Source: a virus
Lineage: Duplodnaviria > Caudoviricetes
Length of the DNA stretch: 51,812 bases
Virus record (IMG/VR): IMGVR_UViG_3300027847_002828
Coordinates: 1 to 51,812 of that record
Reading direction: 5' to 3' (one strand)
Part shown: piece after piece, positions 44,163 through 51,812 of the stretch
Layout: each line of letters starts with the position of its first letter
Position numbering within the stretch: position 1 is the stretch's first letter
Program-made: the position numbers and the translations under genes
Notes under the pieces: generated by a model
The model's input: only the letters and a program-made list of their open reading frames with translations
Told to the model about the DNA's origin: nothing
Databases searched by the model: none

Positions 44163-47100
44163 TTAGTATTGTGCTCTGCGAGCCTCCTCGGCCCGCTCCC
44201 TGGCTCGCTTGGCAAGCATACGCTTCAGGTTCATGAGACGCTCCGCGTGCTCCCTCTCACCCGGGGCCATTGTAGCAATCACTTCCTCTGGCAGGTAGAC
44301 GTTCCTGAATGTTTTGCCGCCCGGTATCTCTAGGATGGATTCCTCAGCAGCCTCTCGAAGCAAAGCCTCCTGCGTCCTGGGAGGAATATCGCTCACCCGG
44401 AAGCCTGTGCCCAGGTTCGCAGCCGTGCCAAGCACACCCTTCCGTGGGTCGGTCAGCGTTCTTGCTGTCGTCAGGAACCTGGAGAAGGGACTGTTGAGCA
44501 TCAGGTGCTCGAAGGTCTGGCTGCCCAGAGGCTCAACCCTCCCAGTACTCTCGCCCGTCATCAGGTCACTGATGTTAGACAACGTCCTGCCCATGGTCGG
44601 GTCGAGGTCAGTCAGAGGACGTCCTCCCATCGGACCCTTCTGGAAGAACGTCTGTCCCGAGAGTGCCTCAAGCGGGAACTTGAGCATGGGATTAAGACGT
44701 GATGCCATCTCCATCAAGGGGTCCGTGAGGACATCTCCGCCCGTGGTAGGCATGAAGGTGAACGGGTCCATGGACATCAGGTCCAGGGTTGTCAGGTACC
44801 TGGGATCACCTTCCGGTCCCTGCATCATTTCCGGCAGCTCAACAGCCATGGTCTGTTGTAGGTGCTCTGGGAGAGGACGTGTCTGGTCACCCTTCAGACT
44901 CCGGGTGCCACGCATCACCTTCGCCAGCCGTCCGCCGGGTCGTTCCGCCAGCTCCTTGATTACGAAGGGCATCTGCCTGCTGGAGAACTTGTAGAAGGGG
45001 AACAGCCTCTGTGCCGCATTCCTCTCGAACGACGTGTACGCCTTGGACGAGTAGTCCACCTGCGCTGCATTGATCCGCTTCATGGCTGCCGCCGGGTCAA
45101 TGCCACGCCGCAACGACTCGATGAACGGGGTCAGTCGGTTCAGATCCTCAACGTACTGGCCCAGCATTTCACCAGCAGCCGATGGACCGTACCCGGACAC
45201 AGCCCTGCCGCTGACACCACGCTGCTCCGTCAGCATGGACCTGACATTCAGGGGACTACTGGCTTCCGGAACCCTGTTGCCGCGACCGAACCACGTCGCG
45301 ATAGTTTCGGAAATCGTCGCAGGAGTGTCCCTGAGAGCCGACTCCGGTCCACCAACGCCACCGACGTATCTGCCGCCAACCCCTTCCGTCAACAACTCGC
45401 CAGTCACATCGTCTACGTTCGAGACAGCACCAGCCCGCTCGAACACCTCGCCCATCTGACGCTTGGGAGACTGGATGTAATACATCTCGCGGACCAGGTC
45501 TGTGGCCACCTCGTCGTTCAAGGCTCTGGTTTCCACTCCCCTCACAACCCTGTCCGCGTGCATCCTCCGCACAGCGGGAAGATTGGATGCGCCATCCATC
45601 ACCCCGCCCTTGGCAACGCTCCTCGCCGTTAGTAATGCTGGCCCCATACGGTCCATGTCCACCAGGCCAGCCACCCAGTTTCTGATCTGTCCGGAGACGC
45701 CGTTGCGTGTATGGAACGCCAGCCACGGTGCGGTCAGCATCCCCTTTATCATATTGGTAGCACTATCAAACTGCTTGGCAATCTCGCTAACGACCTCGGG
45801 ACTCCTGAACGACTGGTGGAACCGGGTGAGATCGTCCGCCATGCCTGCGGGGATGTGCATCCCTGCTATTTCCCCGATGACCGTCTTCATTTCCTCCGGG
45901 TCATCGACGTGCCTGCCCATCAGCTTGGCTATCTTCTGGTAAACCTCAGCACCTTCCCCTGTCTCTGAGACGAACCGGGTAGACTTCAGATTCAGACCAG
46001 CAACCAGCTCGCTAACCGTCTTGCTCCCCTCGCTTCTTACCGGGGTAGCCTTGGCGGCGAGGGTCCTGACGGCTGCCTTGGTGCTCTCGATGTAGTCGTT
46101 GAACGTACTGACACGCCGGGTCAGGGCGCTGACCGGGTCAACATAGATGCCAGCCTGTATCGCGTCCGGGTCCATCCCCTTCAGCCATTTCGCCAGCGCC
46201 TCCCACCTGTTTGCCTGGGTGGCCCCAGTCGCTACGTCAACGATCTTCTGTCCCGTCGCCGGATCAGTCAGGTATGTGAGGGACTTAGTGTCCTCAAACA
46301 TCTCGTCAGCCAGATGGCCCCAGCGATCACCCAGATGCTGTGCCGCGCCCTTCATGTTGCCAGTCTCAAGGAGATGGGACAGGCGTGGGTCCTGCGTCAT
46401 CTCCCTGACTGCACCTGTGCCAGACTCGGTGAACCCTCGCGTGGATGCCTCTCTCCCTGCTAAGTGTGGGTCCGTCGCATACAGGGGGCCACGACTGCCA
46501 GCAGACTCAGCGCCTTCCCGAGCAGCCAGCCTGGCAAAGTAGTTTTCAGGAGGCACGAACTCGTCAGGTATCTCCTTCAAGGCTCGCTTGGCATCCTCAA
46601 TGGCCTGCCACTTGATCAACCCCTCCTCGTCAAAAGGCAACAACCCTTCTCTCGTCCCGGCGTGATCCCGAATCACTCCCGGCAGTTCCATGGCTTCTGC
46701 CAGAGCCTTCTCGGCCTCTGTTCTACGCGCTGCATGGAGGGCGTATTCAGGACCGTACAGCTCCATGAAGTTAGCGCCCCACTCGTCCGCCTCACCCTTC
46801 ATTGAGCCGAGAGTTCTGCGGACGCTTTCCACCATGTGGAAAGTTTCATCGCTGACGCCTTTCGTCCGCAGCAAATCACTGGGCATTTCCATCAGCTTGT
46901 ATGTCGCTGTGACCACGTCCGGGTGCGACATCAACGCCTTGTCGGTGTCCCTCTTGAGAGTTTTCAGGGCGTCCTTGCCATAGCCCTTGGTCACCAACTT
47001 GCCAGTATCAGGGTCGGTGTACCTGACCCATGCCTGGCCAGTGTCCTCGATCTTCAGGACCTTGGCGTTGACGGGAAGGTCGATGCCTGACACCCAGTCA

Positions 47101-48224
47101 CCCTCGATGGGCAAGCCCTCATCCAGCCCTGCCCTGACCTCATGGAGAGGACGTTCAAAATTATGAACCCGCTCAAGGTCTTCCAGGTTCCTGCCAAGCA
47201 CCGTCTCCATCTCACTACCGGCTTCCCTGCCGAGCGCCTCTGCCTGGATCTTCTTGTCATACAGTGCCTGAGCGGTTTTCTGTCCGGCTTCCGTTGTCGT
47301 GTCCATCACGCTGGGCCTGAACAGTCTGCTCACAGCCCGGCCACCAGCCGTCTTGTATTTCAGGTGATGGCCGACCGCATCCAACGCCGCGTCAGCCCTC
47401 TTCCCTGTAAACGGTATGGTTGGAGCACCCATGTGCAGGCCGGGTAGACCGGGAGCCTTCCACCGGGCGAAGCTGCCTACTGGCTCGAACAGGATGTCGT
47501 CAAGTTTCTGCCCTACGTCGGTGGCGGCTTCCGAGAACAGATGACGCTGCCCAATCGCGACGTCCGCCTGTCTCGCCACGTCCGAACCGGCGTCCATCAT
47601 CTCGTCGGAATACTTGATCATGTCAAAAGGAGTCACCTCGCTGCGTGCCTGGCTGGCACCGACACGGGTGACGTCATCAAATGCTTCCGAGACAGTCTTG
47701 CCACCTTTCTCAGCAGCATCTCTCGCTGTCCACGCTGCTGCCTCCATAGCCGCCTCATCCATTCCGGCCAATGATTTCCTGGTGGCGACCTTTGCCAGAT
47801 CGTCCCACTTGCCCATGTGCTTCACCACCTTGCCCGCCTTGGTGGCTGCTGATGCACCAAGGGTCAGGTAGGTTAGCGGGTCAAGCAGAACCTCGGCTGC
47901 GAAGCCAGTCAGCCCCGGCGTCCATCCGGATTCGTCCCTGCCAAATCCGACCAGCTCCTGGCCGCGTGTCCTGCCCTCCTGGCTGGTCCAGTTCCACGGC
48001 AGTAGCTGGTCAAAGGGGTTCTCAGCATGAAGGACGTCACGAACCATGGACCCCGGAATGTCCAGTATGTTCGCTGCACCTGTCAGCCCACTGATGCCAC
48101 GCTGCACCAGTGACCTGTTGACCTCCTCCTCCTCTTGGGGAGTGAGATCACGGTTCAGGTGTCTGGCACTTCGTCCACCAAGAGGAGCCAGACTGGCGAG
48201 CGGGGGCAGTCTTGGAAGCGGCAT
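44163..48224 (-). CDS. Large internal virion/ejection protein (C-terminal LPD38-like region)
   Basis: 1353 aa helical; AFHTRN, DYSSKAYTSFER...FPFYKF, LNPMLKFPLE..SG. Confidence 0.7.
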   Translation of the reverse strand: MPLPRLPPLASLAPLGGRSARHLNRDLTPQEEEEVNRSLVQRGISGLTGAANILDIPGSMVRDVLHAENPFDQLLPWNWTSQEGRTRGQELVGFGRDESGWTPGLTGFAAEVLLDPLTYLTLGASAATKAGKVVKHMGKWDDLAKVATRKSLAGMDEAAMEAAAWTARDAAEKGGKTVSEAFDDVTRVGASQARSEVTPFDMIKYSDEMMDAGSDVARQADVAIGQRHLFSEAATDVGQKLDDILFEPVGSFARWKAPGLPGLHMGAPTIPFTGKRADAALDAVGHHLKYKTAGGRAVSRLFRPSVMDTTTEAGQKTAQALYDKKIQAEALGREAGSEMETVLGRNLEDLERVHNFERPLHEVRAGLDEGLPIEGDWVSGIDLPVNAKVLKIEDTGQAWVRYTDPDTGKLVTKGYGKDALKTLKRDTDKALMSHPDVVTATYKLMEMPSDLLRTKGVSDETFHMVESVRRTLGSMKGEADEWGANFMELYGPEYALHAARRTEAEKALAEAMELPGVIRDHAGTREGLLPFDEEGLIKWQAIEDAKRALKEIPDEFVPPENYFARLAAREGAESAGSRGPLYATDPHLAGREASTRGFTESGTGAVREMTQDPRLSHLLETGNMKGAAQHLGDRWGHLADEMFEDTKSLTYLTDPATGQKIVDVATGATQANRWEALAKWLKGMDPDAIQAGIYVDPVSALTRRVSTFNDYIESTKAAVRTLAAKATPVRSEGSKTVSELVAGLNLKSTRFVSETGEGAEVYQKIAKLMGRHVDDPEEMKTVIGEIAGMHIPAGMADDLTRFHQSFRSPEVVSEIAKQFDSATNMIKGMLTAPWLAFHTRNGVSGQIRNWVAGLVDMDRMGPALLTARSVAKGGVMDGASNLPAVRRMHADRVVRGVETRALNDEVATDLVREMYYIQSPKRQMGEVFERAGAVSNVDDVTGELLTEGVGGRYVGGVGGPESALRDTPATISETIATWFGRGNRVPEASSPLNVRSMLTEQRGVSGRAVSGYGPSAAGEMLGQYVEDLNRLTPFIESLRRGIDPAAAMKRINAAQVDYSSKAYTSFERNAAQRLFPFYKFSSRQMPFVIKELAERPGGRLAKVMRGTRSLKGDQTRPLPEHLQQTMAVELPEMMQGPEGDPRYLTTLDLMSMDPFTFMPTTGGDVLTDPLMEMASRLNPMLKFPLEALSGQTFFQKGPMGGRPLTDLDPTMGRTLSNISDLMTGESTGRVEPLGSQTFEHLMLNSPFSRFLTTARTLTDPRKGVLGTAANLGTGFRVSDIPPRTQEALLREAAEESILEIPGGKTFRNVYLPEEVIATMAPGEREHAERLMNLKRMLAKRARERAEEARRAQY

Positions 48225-48230
48225 GACTGA

Positions 48231-50819
48231 TCAGTTCTCCAGACGATACTGCTCCAGCTCAGGAACCCATGTCCCCAGCTCTCCTCCGCCCCACATGCTC
48301 GGATGCGTTTCAAAAGGAGTACCAGGAATTCCAATAGTCAGTGTATCCGGCATGCCTGGGTCTGCCTGGTAAAACCCTTCGTGCCAGTCATACGGCTCGG
48401 AGGATCCGTCAGGAGACTCTTGTGCGTAGAATTCCCTTGCCATTCCGTAGGTGAGCCGACCACGGTATTTAGGCTGTTTCACCACCCACGCAGCCCAGTC
48501 GTCTGCGTCTGCGAATTCCAGGTTGTCGCCATACGACAAATTCTTTTCGTGGCTTATTCCACCCCAGTCTAAAGGATTCCAACTTGTGTCCGAATCAAGG
48601 CCCTTCCTTGTGCGCCACGACAAGCTGTGCAGATCCCTTAGCAGCAGGCTGTCAAGACCTTCTGACCCATCGGGACGATTTGCCTTCACGTCAACGATAA
48701 GTTGCCTGTCCAGTAAATTTCCCTGTTGCGCCATGTAGTCAACATCGTCTTCTTTCCACATCGCAGGTTGTCCCGAGGTGCTCATTGGGGACCGAGTGTT
48801 AGCATGGCTAGGCAGACTGTGCTCCCTGCTTAGGCCCCCCCTGTTTCCGGGAGCAGCAGCGCCAGGTGCTGCGTCCATCCGGCGCTGGAAATCAGTAAAC
48901 GTCTCCCCCGCGTTTCGGTTTTCGATATATTCTGCGGACTCCGCCTGCTGCCTGGGATTGACGCCTTGGCCACCCTTGGCCCTTTCGACATGCACCTGGT
49001 AATCTTGACCGGCTGTCGCAGTTCTAGTTTCTTCGTCTCTGATTTCCTGCTCTTGCTCCGGAGTCTTCGGCTTAGGACTAAGGTCTCTTTGCAGGCTTCT
49101 GTCTTCTCCCTTCTCCCTAATAATGTCTTTGTGTTGCCTTTCTTTCGCAGCATCCGAGCTTGACCTGGCAGTAATGGTCTCCTCGTGCTGCTGTTTTTGC
49201 GTTAGAAGCCTTTCCTCATGACGCCTACTCGCAGCGGCTTCTTCCCTATTCCCCCTACGTTCTGCGGCAGCGGCCTGCCGACGAGCCTGGTCTATTGACG
49301 CATCAAGTTTCCTGATCTCAAGACTATGCTTGGCACTGTCGAGTCCTCGGCCTCCGAGGCTGTCCTCCAGGCTGGGGTCCCTGCGGAGAGCTTCAGCGTT
49401 CCATGCCTGCCTACGCGCCTCTCGTTGGTCCGCATCCCGGAGACCACGAGCACCACCCCGTGCCCTGCGAACAGTTATCCGGTCTCGCTGCGCAGGCGTC
49501 ATGTCGTCTATTAGTCCCTGCTCAGGCCCACTGATCTCTATGCCACCGGGACGTAGCCTCTCCCTGCCTTCCAGTGACTGCGCCAGGCTGCGTGCGTTTC
49601 TGGAACGTCGCGTGTTGGACCGCTGCCGTTCACTGTCGGCTGCCTGGGCACTACGGATTCCTTCCGCCTTGGCCCGAAGAGATCCCGCCCCCTCCATGTC
49701 CCCCTCGGACTCACGGACCCCCGCCTCTGACAGAAGGTCTTCCAACTGACCCTGCCGCCTGCCGACAACCCTGGTAGCGCCGGGAATGTCCCGGCTCTCC
49801 TGATACCTGACCCCGGTAGGACTCTCTGTTCCAAGCTTGGCAAAGCCAAGATTGCTTCGGTCAAACTGACCCGTGGCAATCGCGTGATCAATTAGTTTTT
49901 CATCAGCTACACCCTGACCAAGCTGAGACCTCTCCCTAGCCGTCAACCGCCTGGGTTCCGGCTCCTCAGGAGCGAGGCCCAGCATCCGACCCTCCAGACC
50001 TGTCGGGTCACTAGGGCCGTAGGTCCCATGTGCTATCTTGCGTTCTTCAGAGGTGCGAAGACGAGGAAGACCCAGGCGTTCCGATTCGAGATTCATAATC
50101 TCTCTAGCACGAGCCGGGTCCTGCTCCGCCCCACGCTCCGCCAGCGTCCTGATATTCTGCTGGTGGTGACCCTTTGTCAGGGCCATCCTGGCATCACGAG
50201 CGTCCTCGGCAAGTTTCTCACGCTGATCCGGCCCTTTCTCAATAATCTGGTTTGCCTCATTTATCCGGCGGACACTATCGTCTGCCGACGCTTGCTCACG
50301 GAGCCTCTCCCCGGACCACTCTCCTGGAAACCCCACAAGATCGTCCATGAGACCTGAGCCTGGGGTCGGGAGGTCGGGGCCAAACGAGAACCTGTCTAAC
50401 GCTCGGGGGTCAGGATTCCTCGCCCTCCACTCTGCTTCCACTTGGTCACTGGTCAGAAGTTCCGGGCGTCTAAGTGTCCGTCCAGCACCAACCGGGTCAT
50501 GAGACACATTCTGTCTTGCTTCCCTGATTATGTCTTCACTCGTTGGCTCGCGACGTGGTAGCGGAGGGGCAGGTGGGTCGTCTGGTCCAATCGTTTCCTC
50601 TAGTGTGGGACGAGCCTTCCTCTTGGGAGGAGCCTTCTGGTTGTTGTCGTTGCGTGCTATGGCAGCCCTTTCGGCGGCCGCCCTCTTTCGCGAACTCTGG
50701 ATATGTGCAGGGGCAGAGGCTCTCTCCGCTGCCTCCATCTCCATCAGTTCGCGACGGGCTTTCTTGTCGCCCTTCTCTGCCAAACGCAGCAGGAGTTTCC
50801 TTAACCGAGGATCTGCCAT
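48231..50819 (-). CDS. Charged coiled-coil protein, putative ejection protein
   Basis: 862 aa, R/E/A-rich, upstream of the large internal protein. Confidence 0.6.
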   Translation of the reverse strand: MADPRLRKLLLRLAEKGDKKARRELMEMEAAERASAPAHIQSSRKRAAAERAAIARNDNNQKAPPKRKARPTLEETIGPDDPPAPPLPRREPTSEDIIREARQNVSHDPVGAGRTLRRPELLTSDQVEAEWRARNPDPRALDRFSFGPDLPTPGSGLMDDLVGFPGEWSGERLREQASADDSVRRINEANQIIEKGPDQREKLAEDARDARMALTKGHHQQNIRTLAERGAEQDPARAREIMNLESERLGLPRLRTSEERKIAHGTYGPSDPTGLEGRMLGLAPEEPEPRRLTARERSQLGQGVADEKLIDHAIATGQFDRSNLGFAKLGTESPTGVRYQESRDIPGATRVVGRRQGQLEDLLSEAGVRESEGDMEGAGSLRAKAEGIRSAQAADSERQRSNTRRSRNARSLAQSLEGRERLRPGGIEISGPEQGLIDDMTPAQRDRITVRRARGGARGLRDADQREARRQAWNAEALRRDPSLEDSLGGRGLDSAKHSLEIRKLDASIDQARRQAAAAERRGNREEAAASRRHEERLLTQKQQHEETITARSSSDAAKERQHKDIIREKGEDRSLQRDLSPKPKTPEQEQEIRDEETRTATAGQDYQVHVERAKGGQGVNPRQQAESAEYIENRNAGETFTDFQRRMDAAPGAAAPGNRGGLSREHSLPSHANTRSPMSTSGQPAMWKEDDVDYMAQQGNLLDRQLIVDVKANRPDGSEGLDSLLLRDLHSLSWRTRKGLDSDTSWNPLDWGGISHEKNLSYGDNLEFADADDWAAWVVKQPKYRGRLTYGMAREFYAQESPDGSSEPYDWHEGFYQADPGMPDTLTIGIPGTPFETHPSMWGGGELGTWVPELEQYRLEN

Positions 50820-50820
50820 G

Positions 50821-51270
50821 CTATACCACCTGTCCGAGCCACCCCAACGACTGGCCGCGTCCAGTCAGCGAGGCTTCGATGCCCTTCTGGATCGCCTGCG
50901 ACCTAGCGCCGCTGTAGGAGTTAGATACGTCTTGCGATGCCCTCTGTTGTGCCCCTGCATGGGCCAACGACATCAGATTGCTGGGCTGTCCCTGTATCCC
51001 TCTGCGAGCCTGGGACTGCGAGAGGTTTTGATTCGCCTTGGCGAAGTCGCCGGAGATGGAACCACGCAGACGCTGCCCCTCACGCCTCTCAGCCGTGGGA
51101 GACAGGTGACGGAACAACGAATCTTCAAAAACCTCTGTGCCGGGAATCCCCGGTCTTGAAAGCCCCCCGGTATTCGAGGCTACATCATTCCCGGGAGACC
51201 CTGAAAAGGGGACGATGGCAATGTCGGGGCCTGTGGCCTGTCGGGGAACTGGTGCTGGGTCTGCTCCCAC
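50821..51270 (-). CDS. Putative DNA-transfer protein segment (likely -1 frameshift extension of 51180-51812)
   Basis: Weak GTG start; overlaps the upstream ORF in the -1 frame; NLSQSQARRGIQG, helical Q/A/S-rich. Confidence 0.55.
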   Translation of the reverse strand: MGADPAPVPRQATGPDIAIVPFSGSPGNDVASNTGGLSRPGIPGTEVFEDSLFRHLSPTAERREGQRLRGSISGDFAKANQNLSQSQARRGIQGQPSNLMSLAHAGAQQRASQDVSNSYSGARSQAIQKGIEASLTGRGQSLGWLGQVV

Positions 51271-51812
51271 TGCGGAGTTTCCATCCCGGGGTTCCCGAAG
51301 CCCGCGCTTCCTTTGAAGTAGTCACCCATGGAACCGAACACAGCCGGGAAGGATTTGTCGAACCTCTGCTGGGCCAGTAGGGCAGGCGTCTGGGCGATCT
51401 CAGCCAGCACGGGAGACATCGCCGTGTTGTAGAGGTTGCCAAGGAACCCGGCCTGTGTCCCGTAGTTCTGCGCTCCCGTCCCCATCATCTGGTTCAGAAT
51501 AGCGGAGATGGCATTCATCTGGTGGCCATAGGCCCCAGTGTCATCCCCTTCCCGCATCTCGAACTGGCCGGTGATCGGGTTGAAGCTGTATCCACCACCC
51601 GATGAGCCTGTCCAGCCTGGCAGGCCACCAAGCATCCCGGCCATGTTTCCGCCGCCCTGGAACCCAGCGGGTCCTCCCATGGCTCCAGCCGGACCCGCGC
51701 TGCCCATGGGGTTGATCGACCCTGGAGGCGTAAAGGTTCTCTGAACCTGCGGAGGGGCCATGTTGGTGGTGGTGGACGGACCCCTGATAACCTGCTGCTG
51801 TGGACTTGTCAT
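51180..51812 (-). CDS. Gly/Met/Pro/Gln-rich virion-module protein (may be the continuation of 1-981)
   Basis: Open from the window edge; in frame with 1-981 if the ends are joined. Confidence 0.7.
   Translation of the reverse strand: MTSPQQQVIRGPSTTTNMAPPQVQRTFTPPGSINPMGSAGPAGAMGGPAGFQGGGNMAGMLGGLPGWTGSSGGGYSFNPITGQFEMREGDDTGAYGHQMNAISAILNQMMGTGAQNYGTQAGFLGNLYNTAMSPVLAEIAQTPALLAQQRFDKSFPAVFGSMGDYFKGSAGFGNPGMETPQWEQTQHQFPDRPQAPTLPSSPFQGLPGMM

Larger units (their letters stand above)
1..51812. mobile_element. Tailed dsDNA bacteriophage genome (near-complete, likely circularly permuted; podovirus-like)
   Basis: TerL, portal, MCP, scaffold, tail adaptor/nozzle, ejection-type proteins, SSB, Rad52/Sak, Gp157, helicase and RusA are present; no host housekeeping genes; dense coupled operons. 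Confidence 0.95.

Noticed and set aside
1-51812. CRISPR array, tRNA/rRNA genes, IS elements, reverse transcriptase or DGR
   Set aside because: None recognised by eye; the direct repeats found are coding tandem repeats without unique spacers

Overview
The whole window reads as a near-complete, probably circularly permuted tailed dsDNA phage genome with podovirus-like short-tail and ejection proteins. The host is inferred to be Planctomycetota, from DUF1580-like, DUF5658-like and CsrA genes and GGA hairpins. Layout: (i) a minus-strand virion operon runs from 23309 down to 1 and appears to continue from 51812 down to about 44013. It holds scaffold, major capsid, cement, glycosyltransferase, TerS, TerL, a poly-Q portal, tail adaptor and nozzle, a LamG protein, a second glycosyltransferase, a Pro/Gly-rich protein and large ejection proteins. 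(ii) A plus-strand block at 23432-26968 holds HTH, SSB, C5 DNA methyltransferase, Lar-like and SAM methyltransferase genes. (iii) A non-coding gap spans 26969-27638. (iv) A plus-strand early-type block at 27639-35491 holds a DUF6744-like/AAA/vWA-peptidase trio, a C2H2 protein and a serine recombinase. (v) A minus-strand block from 43879 down to 35476 holds a repressor, CsrA, Rad52/Sak, Gp157, SF2 helicase, RusA, a membrane/serine-protease module and a thermonuclease. Most notable: two virion-module proteins share an N-terminal domain but carry different C-terminal cargoes, one kinase-like; a phage CsrA occurs with a candidate GGA-hairpin sponge sRNA; there is a candidate -1 frameshift (C CCU UUU plus stem); RusA has an in-frame UGA followed by a SECIS-like hairpin; the C5 MTase has a nested second reading frame; the tail nozzle N-terminus appears split off; and a protease module sits where no endolysin is recognisable. 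All family calls are by eye from motifs; no searches were run.
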